Shown here: in pieces, positions 36,277 through 46,509 of the stretch
Layout: every line of letters starts with the position of its first letter
Numbering within the stretch: position 1 is the first letter of the stretch
Source of the DNA: Desulfobacteraceae bacterium
GTDB lineage: Bacteria; Desulfobacterota; Desulfobacteria; Desulfobacterales; JACKCP01
Direction: 5' to 3'
DNA length: 64,000 nt
Assembly: GCA_020633955.1 (NCBI GenBank)
Contig: JACKCP010000006.1
Span: forward strand, 34,404-98,403
Translations under genes and position numbers: made by a program
Notes under the pieces: model-generated
What the model was told of the DNA's origin: nothing
Seen by the model: only the letters and a program-made list of their open reading frames with translations
The model's database searches: none

Positions 36277-37191
36277 TTATTCTATTCCATACTCCTTGAA
36301 AACTCCCGGTTTCTTAGTCCAGTTTTTATGGACTCTTACAAAAAGATGGAGAACGACCTTTTTCCCTGTAAATTCCTCAATTTCAAGCCTTGACTGAGTA
36401 CCAATTTCTTTAAGCATTGAGCCTTTTTTGCCAATCACAATCCCTTTTTGTGATTCCCTCTCAATATTAATGTTTGCATAAATTTCTATCTGCCTTGATG
36501 ATTCCTTGAATTTATCTATTGTAACTGCCGCTGAATAAGGTATTTCATGGTGTGTAAGATTAAAAACCTTCTCCCGTATAATTTCTGAAACAAAAAATTT
36601 CATAGGCATATCTGTCAAAAAGTCTTCAGGATAAAATGGTGGTGAAAAAGGTAATCTCTGCTCAATTATCGGGATCAGCCTGTCCAGATTATCACCGTTT
36701 ACAGCTGAAATTGGAATAATATCTTCAAAATCAAGCTTTCCCTTCCATTCAGCGATAGAATCAAGGATATCTTCCTTAACCTTGACCTCATCAGCCTTGT
36801 TCAAGAGAAGTATCACCTTTTTATCTACAGACTTGAGTTTTTCGACAATCATTTCATCATCAGGATTTTTATTTAAAAGATCCACGACATATAAAATCAA
36901 GTCGGCTTCTTCAGAGGCTTCAATTGCTTTTTCAACAATCTTTTTGTTCATTATTTTTTCAGATGAATGAATTCCCGGAGTATCAAGAAAAACAATCTGG
37001 GAGTTTTCATTGTTTATCACAGCAAGAATTTTATTTCTGGTTGTCTGAGGCTTATCAGCTGTTATAGCTAACTTTTCACCACAAATACGGTTTAGGAGGG
37101 TTGATTTGCCAACATTTGGTGTTCCAATAATTGAAACATAGCCTGCCCTGAAATCTATTTTACCCTTGAACAAAAAATCTGAATCAATCAT
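36277..37191 (-). CDS. era: GTPase Era
   Basis: G1 motif GTPNVGKSTLLN, G3 motif DTPGI, G4 motif NKAD, and a C-terminal KH domain (GIVIGKKGSMLKEIG). Confidence 0.95.
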   Translation of the reverse strand: MIDSDFLFKGKIDFRAGYVSIIGTPNVGKSTLLNRICGEKLAITADKPQTTRNKILAVINNENSQIVFLDTPGIHSSEKIMNKKIVEKAIEASEEADLILYVVDLLNKNPDDEMIVEKLKSVDKKVILLLNKADEVKVKEDILDSIAEWKGKLDFEDIIPISAVNGDNLDRLIPIIEQRLPFSPPFYPEDFLTDMPMKFFVSEIIREKVFNLTHHEIPYSAAVTIDKFKESSRQIEIYANINIERESQKGIVIGKKGSMLKEIGTQSRLEIEEFTGKKVVLHLFVRVHKNWTKKPGVFKEYGIE

Positions 37192-37804
37192 TTAAAACTC
37201 CTGCATATTTTAATATTTTCCCCCAGACTTTTTCTCTGCCGGTCCCTTTTATACCTGAAGCAGTTAGAAACAAATCTTCATCAAAATTTAATTTTGAAGC
37301 TATCTTTTTCCTCTGGGCAATCTGCTTTGTCTTAGAAAGTTTATCCGCCTTTGTCAGAACATTTATATAATTGATTTTGTTCTGACCAAGCCATAATGCA
37401 AAATTGTGCTCGAACTCCGCAACATCCCTTCTGATATCCATTATCCAGACAAGACAGCAAAGATTACTTCTTGTCAAAAGATAATCCTCAATCATCTTTT
37501 CCCACTCTGCTCTCATTTTTTTAGAAACCTTTGCATACCCGTATCCAGGCAGGTCTACAAATCTTAAAAGATTATTAACCTCAAAAAAATTTATTCTCTG
37601 GGTTCTTCCAGGAGTATTACTGGTTTTGACAAGCTTTTTTCTGTTTACAAGGCAGTTAATAAGAGTTGACTTTCCAACATTTGATCTTCCAGCAAATGCA
37701 ATCTCTGGAAGTGTACCATCTGGATACTCTTTTTTGCTGCCAGCACTTGTCAAAAATTCAGCAGTTTTTATTACATAGCTGTTCTTCTCGTTCTGAGATT
37801 CCAT
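37184..37804 (-). CDS. engB: Ribosome-biogenesis GTPase EngB/YsxC
   Basis: Motifs GRSNVGKSTLIN, DLPGYGYA and TKADK. It overlaps the era start by 8 nt. Confidence 0.92.
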   Translation of the reverse strand: MESQNEKNSYVIKTAEFLTSAGSKKEYPDGTLPEIAFAGRSNVGKSTLINCLVNRKKLVKTSNTPGRTQRINFFEVNNLLRFVDLPGYGYAKVSKKMRAEWEKMIEDYLLTRSNLCCLVWIMDIRRDVAEFEHNFALWLGQNKINYINVLTKADKLSKTKQIAQRKKIASKLNFDEDLFLTASGIKGTGREKVWGKILKYAGVLND

Positions 37805-37806
37805 AT

Positions 37807-38190
37807 TTATTTATATACCTTTTCTGGATCAAAAACTTTTTCTGCAATCACTACAGGATCTCCGGTTTTAACAGAAGTATGAAAACATGAATTATAACCT
37901 TTGTGACAGGCAGCTCCCTTTTGTTCTACCAAAAGAAGTATTGTGTCATTGTCACAGTCAATCAGTATATCAGAAACAGTCTGTATATGCCCCGAACTTT
38001 CTCCTTTAACCCATAATTTATTTCTAGATCTTGAAAAATAGGTAGCCTGTTTTGTACGAAGAGTCTCATCAAAAGCTTCTTTATTCATGTATGCTAGCAT
38101 CAAAACCTCTTTTGTTGTCTTGTCCTGTGTAATAACAGGAACAAGTCCGTTTTGCTTTTCAAAATCAACAAACAGTTTTTCTTCACCCAT
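37807..38190 (-). CDS. hisI: Phosphoribosyl-AMP cyclohydrolase
   Basis: 127 aa, with [20 protein letters not shown] and [26 protein letters not shown]. Confidence 0.9.
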   Translation of the reverse strand: MGEEKLFVDFEKQNGLVPVITQDKTTKEVLMLAYMNKEAFDETLRTKQATYFSRSRNKLWVKGESSGHIQTVSDILIDCDNDTILLLVEQKGAACHKGYNSCFHTSVKTGDPVVIAEKVFDPEKVYK

Positions 38191-38499
38191 CAGATCTCCT
38201 TTGCTTAAAAAATATTTAAGTCGCTGAACAAAAATATTTTTTTCTGACCATTATAAAATAATATTTAAAATCAAATCCTAAAAAACTCAATCCATGGTAA
38301 ATTTTTTGTTCCGACTGAAACAAAGTCATGGTTTCAGACCAGTCAATATTTAATTTACCCAAATCCTTAATTCCTTTATTATAAAGTCCGATACATACTC
38401 CACAGCACAGGCTGTCAAGTTGATATTGCCTTATTATGTTCTATCTGATAGTGATAATCAAAATATTTGAACAAACATTAACTATAAAATAATAAAAAT

Positions 38500-40890
38500 A
38501 TGACTGCAAAAGAAAAAAACGAAAAGCCTCAAAAAAGAAAATCATCCATTTTAAAAAAAATAACCGCTGCCTTTTTTATTTTGTCTATTACAAGCTTTGT
38601 TTTTGGAATAGTGGTAATGACCGGTCTTTACCACTATTTCAGTAAAGATCTTCCTAAAATCAAAACCCTGTCGGATTATTATCCTCCACAGGTAACTGAA
38701 GTCTTTGATGCCAAAGGTGAAAAAATAGCAGAGTTCTATAAGGAAAAAAGGATACTGATCCCACTTGCCCAAATGCCGCACCACCTTATTGAAGCATTCA
38801 TCGCAGCTGAAGACTCAAGGTTTTATGAGCATGGAGGTATAGATCTTGTCAGTATAGCAAGAGCATTTTACAAAAATATTTATGCAGGGGAAATAGTTCA
38901 GGGAGGATCTACCATCACACAGCAGGTTGCAAAGTCTTTTTTTCTTTCGCCTGAAAAAAGTTACACCAGAAAAATCAGGGAAGCAATACTTGCCTACAGA
39001 ATTGATAAATATTTCTCAAAAGACGAAGTATTATATCTTTACCTGAATCAGATTTATCTTGGCAATGGAGCCTACGGCGTTGAAGCAGCAGCCAGAACAT
39101 ATTTTGGAAAAAATGCAAAAAATCTTACACTGAGCGAAAGTGCCATGCTTGCCGGACTACCCCAGGCGCCAAGCCGTTATTCTCCAATAAAATATTTCAG
39201 CAGGGCCAAGGCAAGGCAGGAATATGTTCTTGACCAGATGGTACATAACAATTTCCTGACTAAAGAAGATGCAGAAAAAGCTCTCTCACAGGAAATTATA
39301 TTATCTGAGAACAAAAACTTTTTTATGGAAAAAGCTCCTTATTATTCAGAACATATCAGAAGACTTATTCTTGAAGAATACGGAGAAGAAATGCTTTATA
39401 AGGGAGGCCTCAATATTTACACAGCCCTTTCCCTTGATATTCAGAAAAGTGCCCTTGCAAACCTCAATAAGGGTCTTAGAGATCTTGATAAACGGCAGGG
39501 ATACAGAGGTCCCCTGAAAAATCTCAGTAAAGACGAAATCCAGCCATTTCTTGAAGAACAAAAAAATAAAATCAACCCAAATGATATTGCAAAAGGATTT
39601 GAAACAAATGCAGTAGTTACACTGGTAAACGACAATGATAAATTTGCCCTTGTAAAATTCTGCGGATACACTGGAAAAATTCCAATCCAGAACATGTCCT
39701 GGGCAAGAAAGCCTGATCCTGAGAAATATTATCTTTACCATAGAATCGAAAAACCGGGACAGGCATTAAAAAAGAATGACCTGATAATCATCAAACTTCA
39801 GGCAAAAGATGAAAAAACTGACATATGGGAAGTCTCACTTGAACAGATCCCGGAAGTTTCAGGTGCAATATTGTGCATAGAGGAAGGAACAGGTGAAGTC
39901 AGGGCCATGGTCGGAGGAAAAGACTTCAAATCAAGCCAGTTCAACCGGGCCATTCAGTCTCGAAGACAACCGGGATCAGCCTTTAAGCCCATTATCTATT
40001 CAGCAGCTATTGATAAGGGTTATACGGCAGCATCAGTAATAATGGACAATGCCTTTGTTTTCCATGACAAGGAACAGGACTTTACCTGGAAACCACAAAA
40101 TTACAATGAAACATTTTACGGCCCGACACTACTTAGAAAAGCACTTACTCTTTCACGCAATCTTGTTACCATAAAGCTCATGAAAGAAATAGGAATAGAT
40201 TATGTAATAGATTATGCAAGAAAAATGGGAATAACAGCTCACCTTGACAGGGATCTGTCCCTTTCTCTCGGGTCTTCAGGCCTTTCTCTGCTTGAAATGA
40301 CAAATGCGTATTCTGTATTTGCAAACAATGGTAATTTTATTCCGCCTGTATTCATTAAAAAAATTGAAAATAAAAAAGGTGAACTTTTTTTTCAGTCTAA
40401 AAATGAGTCAAAAAGAGTCATTCCTGAAGAAACGGCCTATATAATGACAAGTATGCTTAAAAGTGTTGTTGAGGAAGGCACTGGATGGAGGGCAAAAAGA
40501 CTTTCCAGGCCAGTGGCAGGAAAAACTGGAACAACAAACAACCTTAATGATGCATGGTTTGTAGGATACACAACTGATTATATTACAGGAGTATGGGTAG
40601 GCTTTGACCATGAGAAATCACTTGGGAAAGAAGAAACAGGCTCAAAATCTGCCTGCCCTATTTGGACAGATTTCATGGAGGAAATCCACAGAGGGCTTCC
40701 AAAAAATGATTTCAAAGTTCCAGACAATATTATTTTCCAGAGAATAGATGCAGAAACCGGTCTTTTACCTGGACCTGAAACAACAGAAACAATTTTTGAA
40801 TGTTTTGTTAAAGGAACCGAACCTGTTGAAACAAGTCCTGTTAAGGAAAAAATAAAAGATAAGACAGATTTCCTTAAATTTGGGATGTAA
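38500..40890 (+). CDS. mrcA: Class A penicillin-binding protein (PBP1A: glycosyltransferase plus transpeptidase)
   Basis: GT51 motifs are EDSRFYEHGGID, GGSTITQQ and RKIREA. Transpeptidase motifs are QPGSAFKP (SxxK), SRN and KTGTTN. Confidence 0.93.
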   Translation: MTAKEKNEKPQKRKSSILKKITAAFFILSITSFVFGIVVMTGLYHYFSKDLPKIKTLSDYYPPQVTEVFDAKGEKIAEFYKEKRILIPLAQMPHHLIEAFIAAEDSRFYEHGGIDLVSIARAFYKNIYAGEIVQGGSTITQQVAKSFFLSPEKSYTRKIREAILAYRIDKYFSKDEVLYLYLNQIYLGNGAYGVEAAARTYFGKNAKNLTLSESAMLAGLPQAPSRYSPIKYFSRAKARQEYVLDQMVHNNFLTKEDAEKALSQEIILSENKNFFMEKAPYYSEHIRRLILEEYGEEMLYKGGLNIYTALSLDIQKSALANLNKGLRDLDKRQGYRGPLKNLSKDEIQPFLEEQKNKINPNDIAKGFETNAVVTLVNDNDKFALVKFCGYTGKIPIQNMSWARKPDPEKYYLYHRIEKPGQALKKNDLIIIKLQAKDEKTDIWEVSLEQIPEVSGAILCIEEGTGEVRAMVGGKDFKSSQFNRAIQSRRQPGSAFKPIIYSAAIDKGYTAASVIMDNAFVFHDKEQDFTWKPQNYNETFYGPTLLRKALTLSRNLVTIKLMKEIGIDYVIDYARKMGITAHLDRDLSLSLGSSGLSLLEMTNAYSVFANNGNFIPPVFIKKIENKKGELFFQSKNESKRVIPEETAYIMTSMLKSVVEEGTGWRAKRLSRPVAGKTGTTNNLNDAWFVGYTTDYITGVWVGFDHEKSLGKEETGSKSACPIWTDFMEEIHRGLPKNDFKVPDNIIFQRIDAETGLLPGPETTETIFECFVKGTEPVETSPVKEKIKDKTDFLKFGM

Positions 40891-40914
40891 AGACTTTGAT
40901 AGTCTTAAAGAATT

Positions 40915-40969
40915 GTAACTCAGTTCAATTTAGAATGGCTTTTTCTCAGTTTTTCAGCTGAATAGTTAC
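40915..40969 (+). mobile_element. Hairpin MITE family A, copy A6: 55-bp internal-deletion derivative retaining both termini, perfect TSD AAAGAATT
   Basis: gtaactcagttcaatttagaatggct|ttttctcagtttttcagctgaatagttac. The sequence aaagaatt is present at both 40907-40914 and 40970-40977. Confidence 0.85.
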
Positions 40970-41003
40970 AAAGAATTTATCTATTTACTGGCGAACAAAA
41001 AAT

Positions 41004-41124
41004 GTTTTTTTGCACATTTCGGCGTAGATCTCAAAATTTAATTCTCAAAATACTCCATGTCTTCCCGGGGCTGAATTTTTCATCATCCCCAGACAAACAA
41101 AACCAGTTTTAGGTCGATCATTAC
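41004..41124 (-). repeat. Intergenic repeat family B, copy B2 (mini-ORF on the minus strand, 41058-41038)
   Basis: The minus strand reads ...GGGAAGACATGGAGTATTTTGAGAATTAAATTTTGAGATC... This copy lies just 3' of the minus-strand radical SAM gene, whose stop is at 41135. Confidence 0.7.
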
Positions 41125-41134
41125 TTAATAAAAA

Positions 41135-42175
41135 TCAATCACTTTTTATTTCAATAAAAAATGACTCAGGAATAATTGAAGAATCTTTTGTTACAGCAAT
41201 ATTTTTAAATCCAAATCTTTTTTTCAAATTATGAAAGTTAGAATTTTTTAAACCTCTTGCTGCAGACTCAAAGGATGGATTCAGGTGGATTAAAAGAGTT
41301 TTTTCAAAAGTTTCTTTTTCTGAAACAATTATTTTTATAACTGCTTTTTTATAAAAACTTTTTGAAATAACAAGTTCACCAAATGACGGGTGCCATGGGC
41401 CGCTTACAATATTATCATTTTGTGCGGCCTCAGAAGGAAGACCCATTCTGATTATTTTTATATTATTTTTTACTGAAAAATCTCTTATCAAGGATGAAAT
41501 ATCAACAGCCTTTTCAAGTGTCAAAGGCTTGAATAAACCCTTGTTGTATAATTTTTCCAACTGGGTATTTTTTAAGATAACCAGGGGATATATTCTCAAA
41601 TAATCAGGTTTTGCAAATTGTAGAAATTTCAAAGTTTTAAAAATACTCTGCCTTGTTTCTCCTGGAAGACCAGGCATAATCTGAAGTCCAAGTTTAATAT
41701 TTTTAAGCTCACTTTTTATAAGCTCAACAGCATTAAAAGAATCTTTTGCTGTATGCCCTCTTCCTGATTTTCTCAACACCTTATCATCCATTGACTGAAT
41801 TCCAAGCTCAATTGTCTGAATATTATAACCGGACAACAGAGCAATTTTCTCCCTGGAAACAGTATCTGGCCTGGTTGAAAACCTTATCCCCCTGTTGCTG
41901 CCTCCCTTGCAAAATGTATCAGCAATTTCAAGGTATTTTAAAATAACATTATTTTCCATTCCCAAAAAATTACCCCCAAAAAAAGCTATTTCAACTGATG
42001 ATTGCAAATTTTTAGAATAGGAAAGAAAAGTATCAAAATAAGATAAAAGCTCGCCTTTTTCAGGAAGAGCAGGCGCAGCTTTGCCAGTTACAAGATTTTG
42101 ATTGCAAAAAAAGCATTTATTGGGACAGCCGTAAAATGGTATAAAAACAGGTATTATAATATGATTATTCATCAT
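41135..42175 (-). CDS. Radical SAM protein (Elp3/HemN-like core)
   Basis: FYGCPNKCFFCNQ is a CxxxCxxC motif within a TIM-barrel-like core. It overlaps the rnc stop by 11 nt. Confidence 0.75.
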   Translation of the reverse strand: MMNNHIIIPVFIPFYGCPNKCFFCNQNLVTGKAAPALPEKGELLSYFDTFLSYSKNLQSSVEIAFFGGNFLGMENNVILKYLEIADTFCKGGSNRGIRFSTRPDTVSREKIALLSGYNIQTIELGIQSMDDKVLRKSGRGHTAKDSFNAVELIKSELKNIKLGLQIMPGLPGETRQSIFKTLKFLQFAKPDYLRIYPLVILKNTQLEKLYNKGLFKPLTLEKAVDISSLIRDFSVKNNIKIIRMGLPSEAAQNDNIVSGPWHPSFGELVISKSFYKKAVIKIIVSEKETFEKTLLIHLNPSFESAARGLKNSNFHNLKKRFGFKNIAVTKDSSIIPESFFIEIKSD

Positions 42176-42863
42176 CTATTTTATCAAGTCCCTGCCTTGC
42201 AGCTTCCTGTTCTGCCGCTTTTTTACTTCTGCCTTTACCAGTAGCCCTGATATCTGCAATTTTCATTTCAACCTTAAAAATCTTGTCGTGATCAGGACCT
42301 GATTCGGAAATCACTTTGTAAACAGGAGGCTCCTTGTATTTCATCTGAGCAAGCTCCTGAAGCCTGCTTTTTGGATCAAGATAATTTTCAGGCTTGCCTG
42401 CAGTTTCAATTACCGGAGAGAACATATACTCTACCATCTTGTATGCTTTTTCAAAGCCTCCGTCTTTATATATTGCAGCAACAAGAGCTTCAAAGGCATT
42501 TGCAAGAATAGAACTTTTTTCTCTTCCCCCAGAACCTTCCTCACCTTTTCCAAGATTCAAGTAGTCGCCAAGGCAAATTTTTCTTGCAAGCTTTGAGAGC
42601 ATGACCTCGTTTACGAGATTTGCCCTTATTCGTGATAGATTGCCTTCATCCATATCCCTGAAATGCTTCATGAGCATGTCGCCAACAACTAAGTTTACAA
42701 CTGAATCACCTAAAAATTCAAGGCGTTCATTGTCTTTAACCGGCTCAAAAGACTCATTTGCATAGGAGCTGTGACAAAGTGCATTAAAACAATATTTTTT
42801 GTTTTTAAACTTATATTTTATTGATTTTTCAAGTTTTTTATATTCATCAGATAATAATCCCAT
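42165..42863 (-). CDS. rnc: Ribonuclease III
   Basis: The signature NERLEFLGDSV, then EALVAAIY, then a C-terminal dsRBD (GPDHDKIFKVEM...GRSKKAAEQEAA). Confidence 0.95.
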   Translation of the reverse strand: MGLLSDEYKKLEKSIKYKFKNKKYCFNALCHSSYANESFEPVKDNERLEFLGDSVVNLVVGDMLMKHFRDMDEGNLSRIRANLVNEVMLSKLARKICLGDYLNLGKGEEGSGGREKSSILANAFEALVAAIYKDGGFEKAYKMVEYMFSPVIETAGKPENYLDPKSRLQELAQMKYKEPPVYKVISESGPDHDKIFKVEMKIADIRATGKGRSKKAAEQEAARQGLDKIDDE

Positions 42864-42973
42864 AATAACCTTTCAATTAAGTTAACATAATAAACACACT
42901 TCAGGTTTCGGGATTATTTACCAGGAAAGACAAGCAGATTATCTTTTCGGGTAAATAGTCCAAAAAATCTTTT

Positions 42974-43822
42974 TTACAGTTCTAATATTGATTTGTAAAC
43001 AGAATATGGGACTTTCAGGTTATTTCTTCCTCTTCCCAAAACAAGTCCTTCATTCTTGTAACCATGAAAATCACTTCCTCCAGTTGATATAAGACCAAGT
43101 CGTTTTGACTCATTTACACAAAAAGAGCGAAAAGATTCAGAGTGGGAAGGATAAAACACTTCAATACCTTTAAGTCCATGATCTTTCAAATACTCAAAAA
43201 AACATGCAAAATCCTTTTTCTGATAATTTTTTATAAGCCCTGGATGTGCTATCACTGGAACACCTCCTGCAAGAATTATTTTTTCTATGGCAGTTTCAAC
43301 AGGTATTTTGTATTTATCAACATAGCAGGGTCTGCCTTTCCCTAAATACTGTGAAAAAGCCTCTTCAACATTTTTGACATAACCCTTTTCAAAAAGATAT
43401 CTGCCAATATGAGCTCTTCCAATTTGAACATTACCGGAAAAAGCCTCAAGACTTTCCATGGAAATATCAACTCCATGCTCTCTTAATTTTTCAACAATTA
43501 ATGGATTTCTATTTTTTCTTGAGTTTTGCAGAAGCAAAAGATCTTTTTCAAGAGATTTATTGTATAAGTCTATTCTGTATCCAAGAATATGTATGCTTTC
43601 AAAGATATTAAAGTCTTTTGATGCACAAGTGCTTATCTCAACACCAGTAAGGACTTCTGGATAGTTTTTCCCGGTTGATTCAAAAGCTTTTCTTGAGCCA
43701 TCAAGAGTATCATGGTCAGTAATGGAAATGGCTTCCAGACCAAGATCTGCAGCCATTTCCAATATTTTTTCAGGAGAGTAGACACCATCAGATGCCGTTG
43801 TATGTATATGTAAATCTATCAT
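42974..43822 (-). CDS. PHP-domain phosphoesterase (TrpH/YciV-like)
   Basis: N-terminal IDLHIHTTASDG, then ITDHDT, AHPG and GGSDFHG. Confidence 0.85.
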   Translation of the reverse strand: MIDLHIHTTASDGVYSPEKILEMAADLGLEAISITDHDTLDGSRKAFESTGKNYPEVLTGVEISTCASKDFNIFESIHILGYRIDLYNKSLEKDLLLLQNSRKNRNPLIVEKLREHGVDISMESLEAFSGNVQIGRAHIGRYLFEKGYVKNVEEAFSQYLGKGRPCYVDKYKIPVETAIEKIILAGGVPVIAHPGLIKNYQKKDFACFFEYLKDHGLKGIEVFYPSHSESFRSFCVNESKRLGLISTGGSDFHGYKNEGLVLGRGRNNLKVPYSVYKSILEL

Positions 43823-43827
43823 CCAAA

Positions 43828-44190
43828 TCAGATACCAAGAGCTCTTTCTCTTGCTTCTGCCTTAATTTTGCAATCAATGCATTCTGTTGTAACAGGTCTT
43901 GCCTTTAATCTTTCAATTGAAATATCTTCGCCGCATGCCTCACAGATTCCAAAAGTTCCTTCCTCTATTCTTCCGAGTGCCTTTTTGATTTTCTTTATCA
44001 GCTTATGCTCTCTGTCACGAATTCTTAGAGTGAAATTTCTGTCTGTTTCATGGGATGCTCTGTCAGTCGGATCAGGAAAATTTTCCTTTGATTCGGTCAT
44101 TCCTACTACAGTATTATCACCATGGGCAAGGAGTTCTTTTAACTGCTCTGTTAAAATTTCTTTAAAATACTGAACATCTTTTTCTTTCAT
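43828..44190 (-). CDS. DksA/TraR-family C4 zinc-finger protein
   Basis: 120 aa with a coiled-coil N-terminus and CEACGEDISIERLKARPVTTECIDCK. Confidence 0.85.
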   Translation of the reverse strand: MKEKDVQYFKEILTEQLKELLAHGDNTVVGMTESKENFPDPTDRASHETDRNFTLRIRDREHKLIKKIKKALGRIEEGTFGICEACGEDISIERLKARPVTTECIDCKIKAEARERALGI

Positions 44191-44350
44191 CGGGCTACAC
44201 CTTTCATCTAGGTTCAGTCTGTCAGATATAAGTTAAAGCGGTTTTGTAACAAATCAAGAGAAACTTGTAAAGTTAAAATAACATTGTTAATTTCATTTGA
44301 CATTATTCCAGACACATTTAGCGATTTCATAATTAAGGTCAAATAAAAAA

Positions 44351-45673
44351 TTAATTCTCAATTTTTTTAACCACACATTCATCTTTTCCCTTATCATCAA
44401 GATTAAAAAGATTACGAACAAGAAGAATATAAGACTGAACATCCCGGTGAGAGCCTGGATTTTTAAGAAAGTTTATTGGATCATGCAAAAGTCTTGAGCA
44501 GATGGAATCTACCATTCTGTAAACAGCTTCGCTTTGAAATGACTTTTCCAGATTATTATCTTTCATTGTACGAAAGATTTCACACTCAACCGCATCCTGA
44601 ACTTTTTTCCTCAGCTCAACTATTGTCGGAACAATTTGGAGACTCTTTTTCCATCCAAGGAACTTTACGGCCATCTCATCAACTATTTCTTCAGCAAGAG
44701 CAGCCTCTTTTTTTCTTTCCTCCATATTAACTTCAACAACATCCTGCAAATCATCAACATCATAGAGGTAAATATTATCAACTTTATTAATATCTGGATC
44801 AATATCCCTTGGTACAGCAATATCAATAAAAAAAAGAGGCCTGTTTTTCCTTTTTTTCATTACCTGGCGCATATCTTTACCGTTAATGATATAATCTGGA
44901 GCACCTGTTGAAGAAATAATAATATCAACCCATTCAAGAGAGGAGACTACTTCCTCAAATCTTATTGCAGAACCAGAAAATCTTTTTGCAAGATCAAGCC
45001 CTTTTTCAAAGGTTCTGTTTGCTACAAAAACATGGGCAACATTATTCTGAACAAGATGCTCAACTGCAAGCTCAGCCATTTCACCTGCACCTACAAGAAG
45101 AACTTTTTTAGTCGAAAGATTTCCAAATATTTTTTTTGCAAGTTCAATAGCTGCATAGCTTATTGAAACCGCATGTCCACCAATACCTGTTTCAGTTCTG
45201 ACACGTTTTGCAGCCTGAAAGGCTCTATGGAAAAGCCTGTTTAAAATTACCTTTGAACTTCCTGCAGAAGTGGCACACTTATAGGCAGTCTTAACCTGTC
45301 CCAAAATCTGAGGTTCTCCAAGAATCATTGAATCAAGACTAGATGCAACCCTGAATATGTGTTTTACAGCATCAATTCCGGTAAGTTTATAAAAACAGGA
45401 AATAAAATCTGACATTGGAACATTTTTGACAAGAGCTAAAATTTCAAAAATCTTTTTAACGCCTTCTTCAGGGCAGTCAGAAACAAAAACAGCCTCAACC
45501 CTGTTGCAGGTAGAAAATAAAAAAGCTTCATTAAAAGCTTTTTTTTCCTTTATAAGACCAAGAGCCTTTTTAATCTCATCCTGACTAAGGGAAAGTTTTT
45601 CCCTTATTTCCACAGGAGCTGTTTTGTGATTCATTCCTGTTACAACAATTTCCTGCTGATTCATAACACTCAT
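44351..45673 (-). CDS. hemA: Glutamyl-tRNA reductase
   Basis: Active-site motif STCNRVE, NADPH motif LLVGAGEMAE, and a typical 440-aa length. Confidence 0.93.
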   Translation of the reverse strand: MSVMNQQEIVVTGMNHKTAPVEIREKLSLSQDEIKKALGLIKEKKAFNEAFLFSTCNRVEAVFVSDCPEEGVKKIFEILALVKNVPMSDFISCFYKLTGIDAVKHIFRVASSLDSMILGEPQILGQVKTAYKCATSAGSSKVILNRLFHRAFQAAKRVRTETGIGGHAVSISYAAIELAKKIFGNLSTKKVLLVGAGEMAELAVEHLVQNNVAHVFVANRTFEKGLDLAKRFSGSAIRFEEVVSSLEWVDIIISSTGAPDYIINGKDMRQVMKKRKNRPLFFIDIAVPRDIDPDINKVDNIYLYDVDDLQDVVEVNMEERKKEAALAEEIVDEMAVKFLGWKKSLQIVPTIVELRKKVQDAVECEIFRTMKDNNLEKSFQSEAVYRMVDSICSRLLHDPINFLKNPGSHRDVQSYILLVRNLFNLDDKGKDECVVKKIEN

Positions 45674-45678
45674 AACGC

Positions 45679-46509
45679 TTAACCCCGAATTATTAAATTA
45701 CCCATGAAGTATTCACCATGGGATGTATCCATAAAAATATTTATACCAATAAAGGAAAAAACAACAATACCAAAACCGATTATTGCCATAACAGCCGCTT
45801 TTCTTCCCCTCCATCTTGAACTAAGCCTGCCGTGAATAAGAGCAGCGTATAAAAACCATACCAGAAAAGACCAGACCTCTTTTGCATCGAGCATTAAAAA
45901 ATGTCCGAATACCTGCTTTGACATGACCACTCCAATCCCAAGACCAACAGTGAGAAAGAAAAAGCCCCACGCAATACAGAAATTACCAGACGATTCAAGA
46001 ATTTCAAGGGATGGAAGTCTCCTAAATATTATTCCGTGTTTTTTGAGTTTAATGTTCTTCTCCTGCACAAGATAAAAAAGCCCAATTACACAGGCAGTAA
46101 AAAAAGCGGCATTTGCAAAAAAAGTAAAAAAGACATGAAGTGCTGTCATAAAAATACTGAAATCTTTTTGACCTATGTATTGGATTTTATCAAAAAAAAG
46201 AGCCAATCCAGTTAGTAAGCCTGAAAAGGCTGCCACAGCCCCGCCCAGTAAATCAACTTTAAATCTTAAATATAGGAGGACAAAAAAAAATGAAACTGAA
46301 AAGGCAAAAATAACAAGTGAATTTCTAATTCCAAAGGCCGGAATATGCCCAATGGAAACTGCATCCAGGAAAAGATTTATGCCAGTACACATAAATCCAA
46401 GTACAAGGAGAAAAAACCCAGGCCTTCTGTAAAAAGGGTTGTTTTGAACCTGAGAAATCACATAGAAACAAAAGGATAAAATATAAAGAAATAAAGCAAC
46501 TGAAATCAT
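45679..46509 (-). CDS. CcsA/HemX-like cytochrome c assembly family membrane protein
   Basis: Polytopic membrane protein. LDAKEVWSFLVWFLYAALIHGRL matches the WDPKE...H pattern of the cytochrome_C_asm family. It lies upstream of hemA, as in hemAX arrangements. Confidence 0.7.
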   Translation of the reverse strand: MISVALFLYILSFCFYVISQVQNNPFYRRPGFFLLVLGFMCTGINLFLDAVSIGHIPAFGIRNSLVIFAFSVSFFFVLLYLRFKVDLLGGAVAAFSGLLTGLALFFDKIQYIGQKDFSIFMTALHVFFTFFANAAFFTACVIGLFYLVQEKNIKLKKHGIIFRRLPSLEILESSGNFCIAWGFFFLTVGLGIGVVMSKQVFGHFLMLDAKEVWSFLVWFLYAALIHGRLSSRWRGRKAAVMAIIGFGIVVFSFIGINIFMDTSHGEYFMGNLIIRG

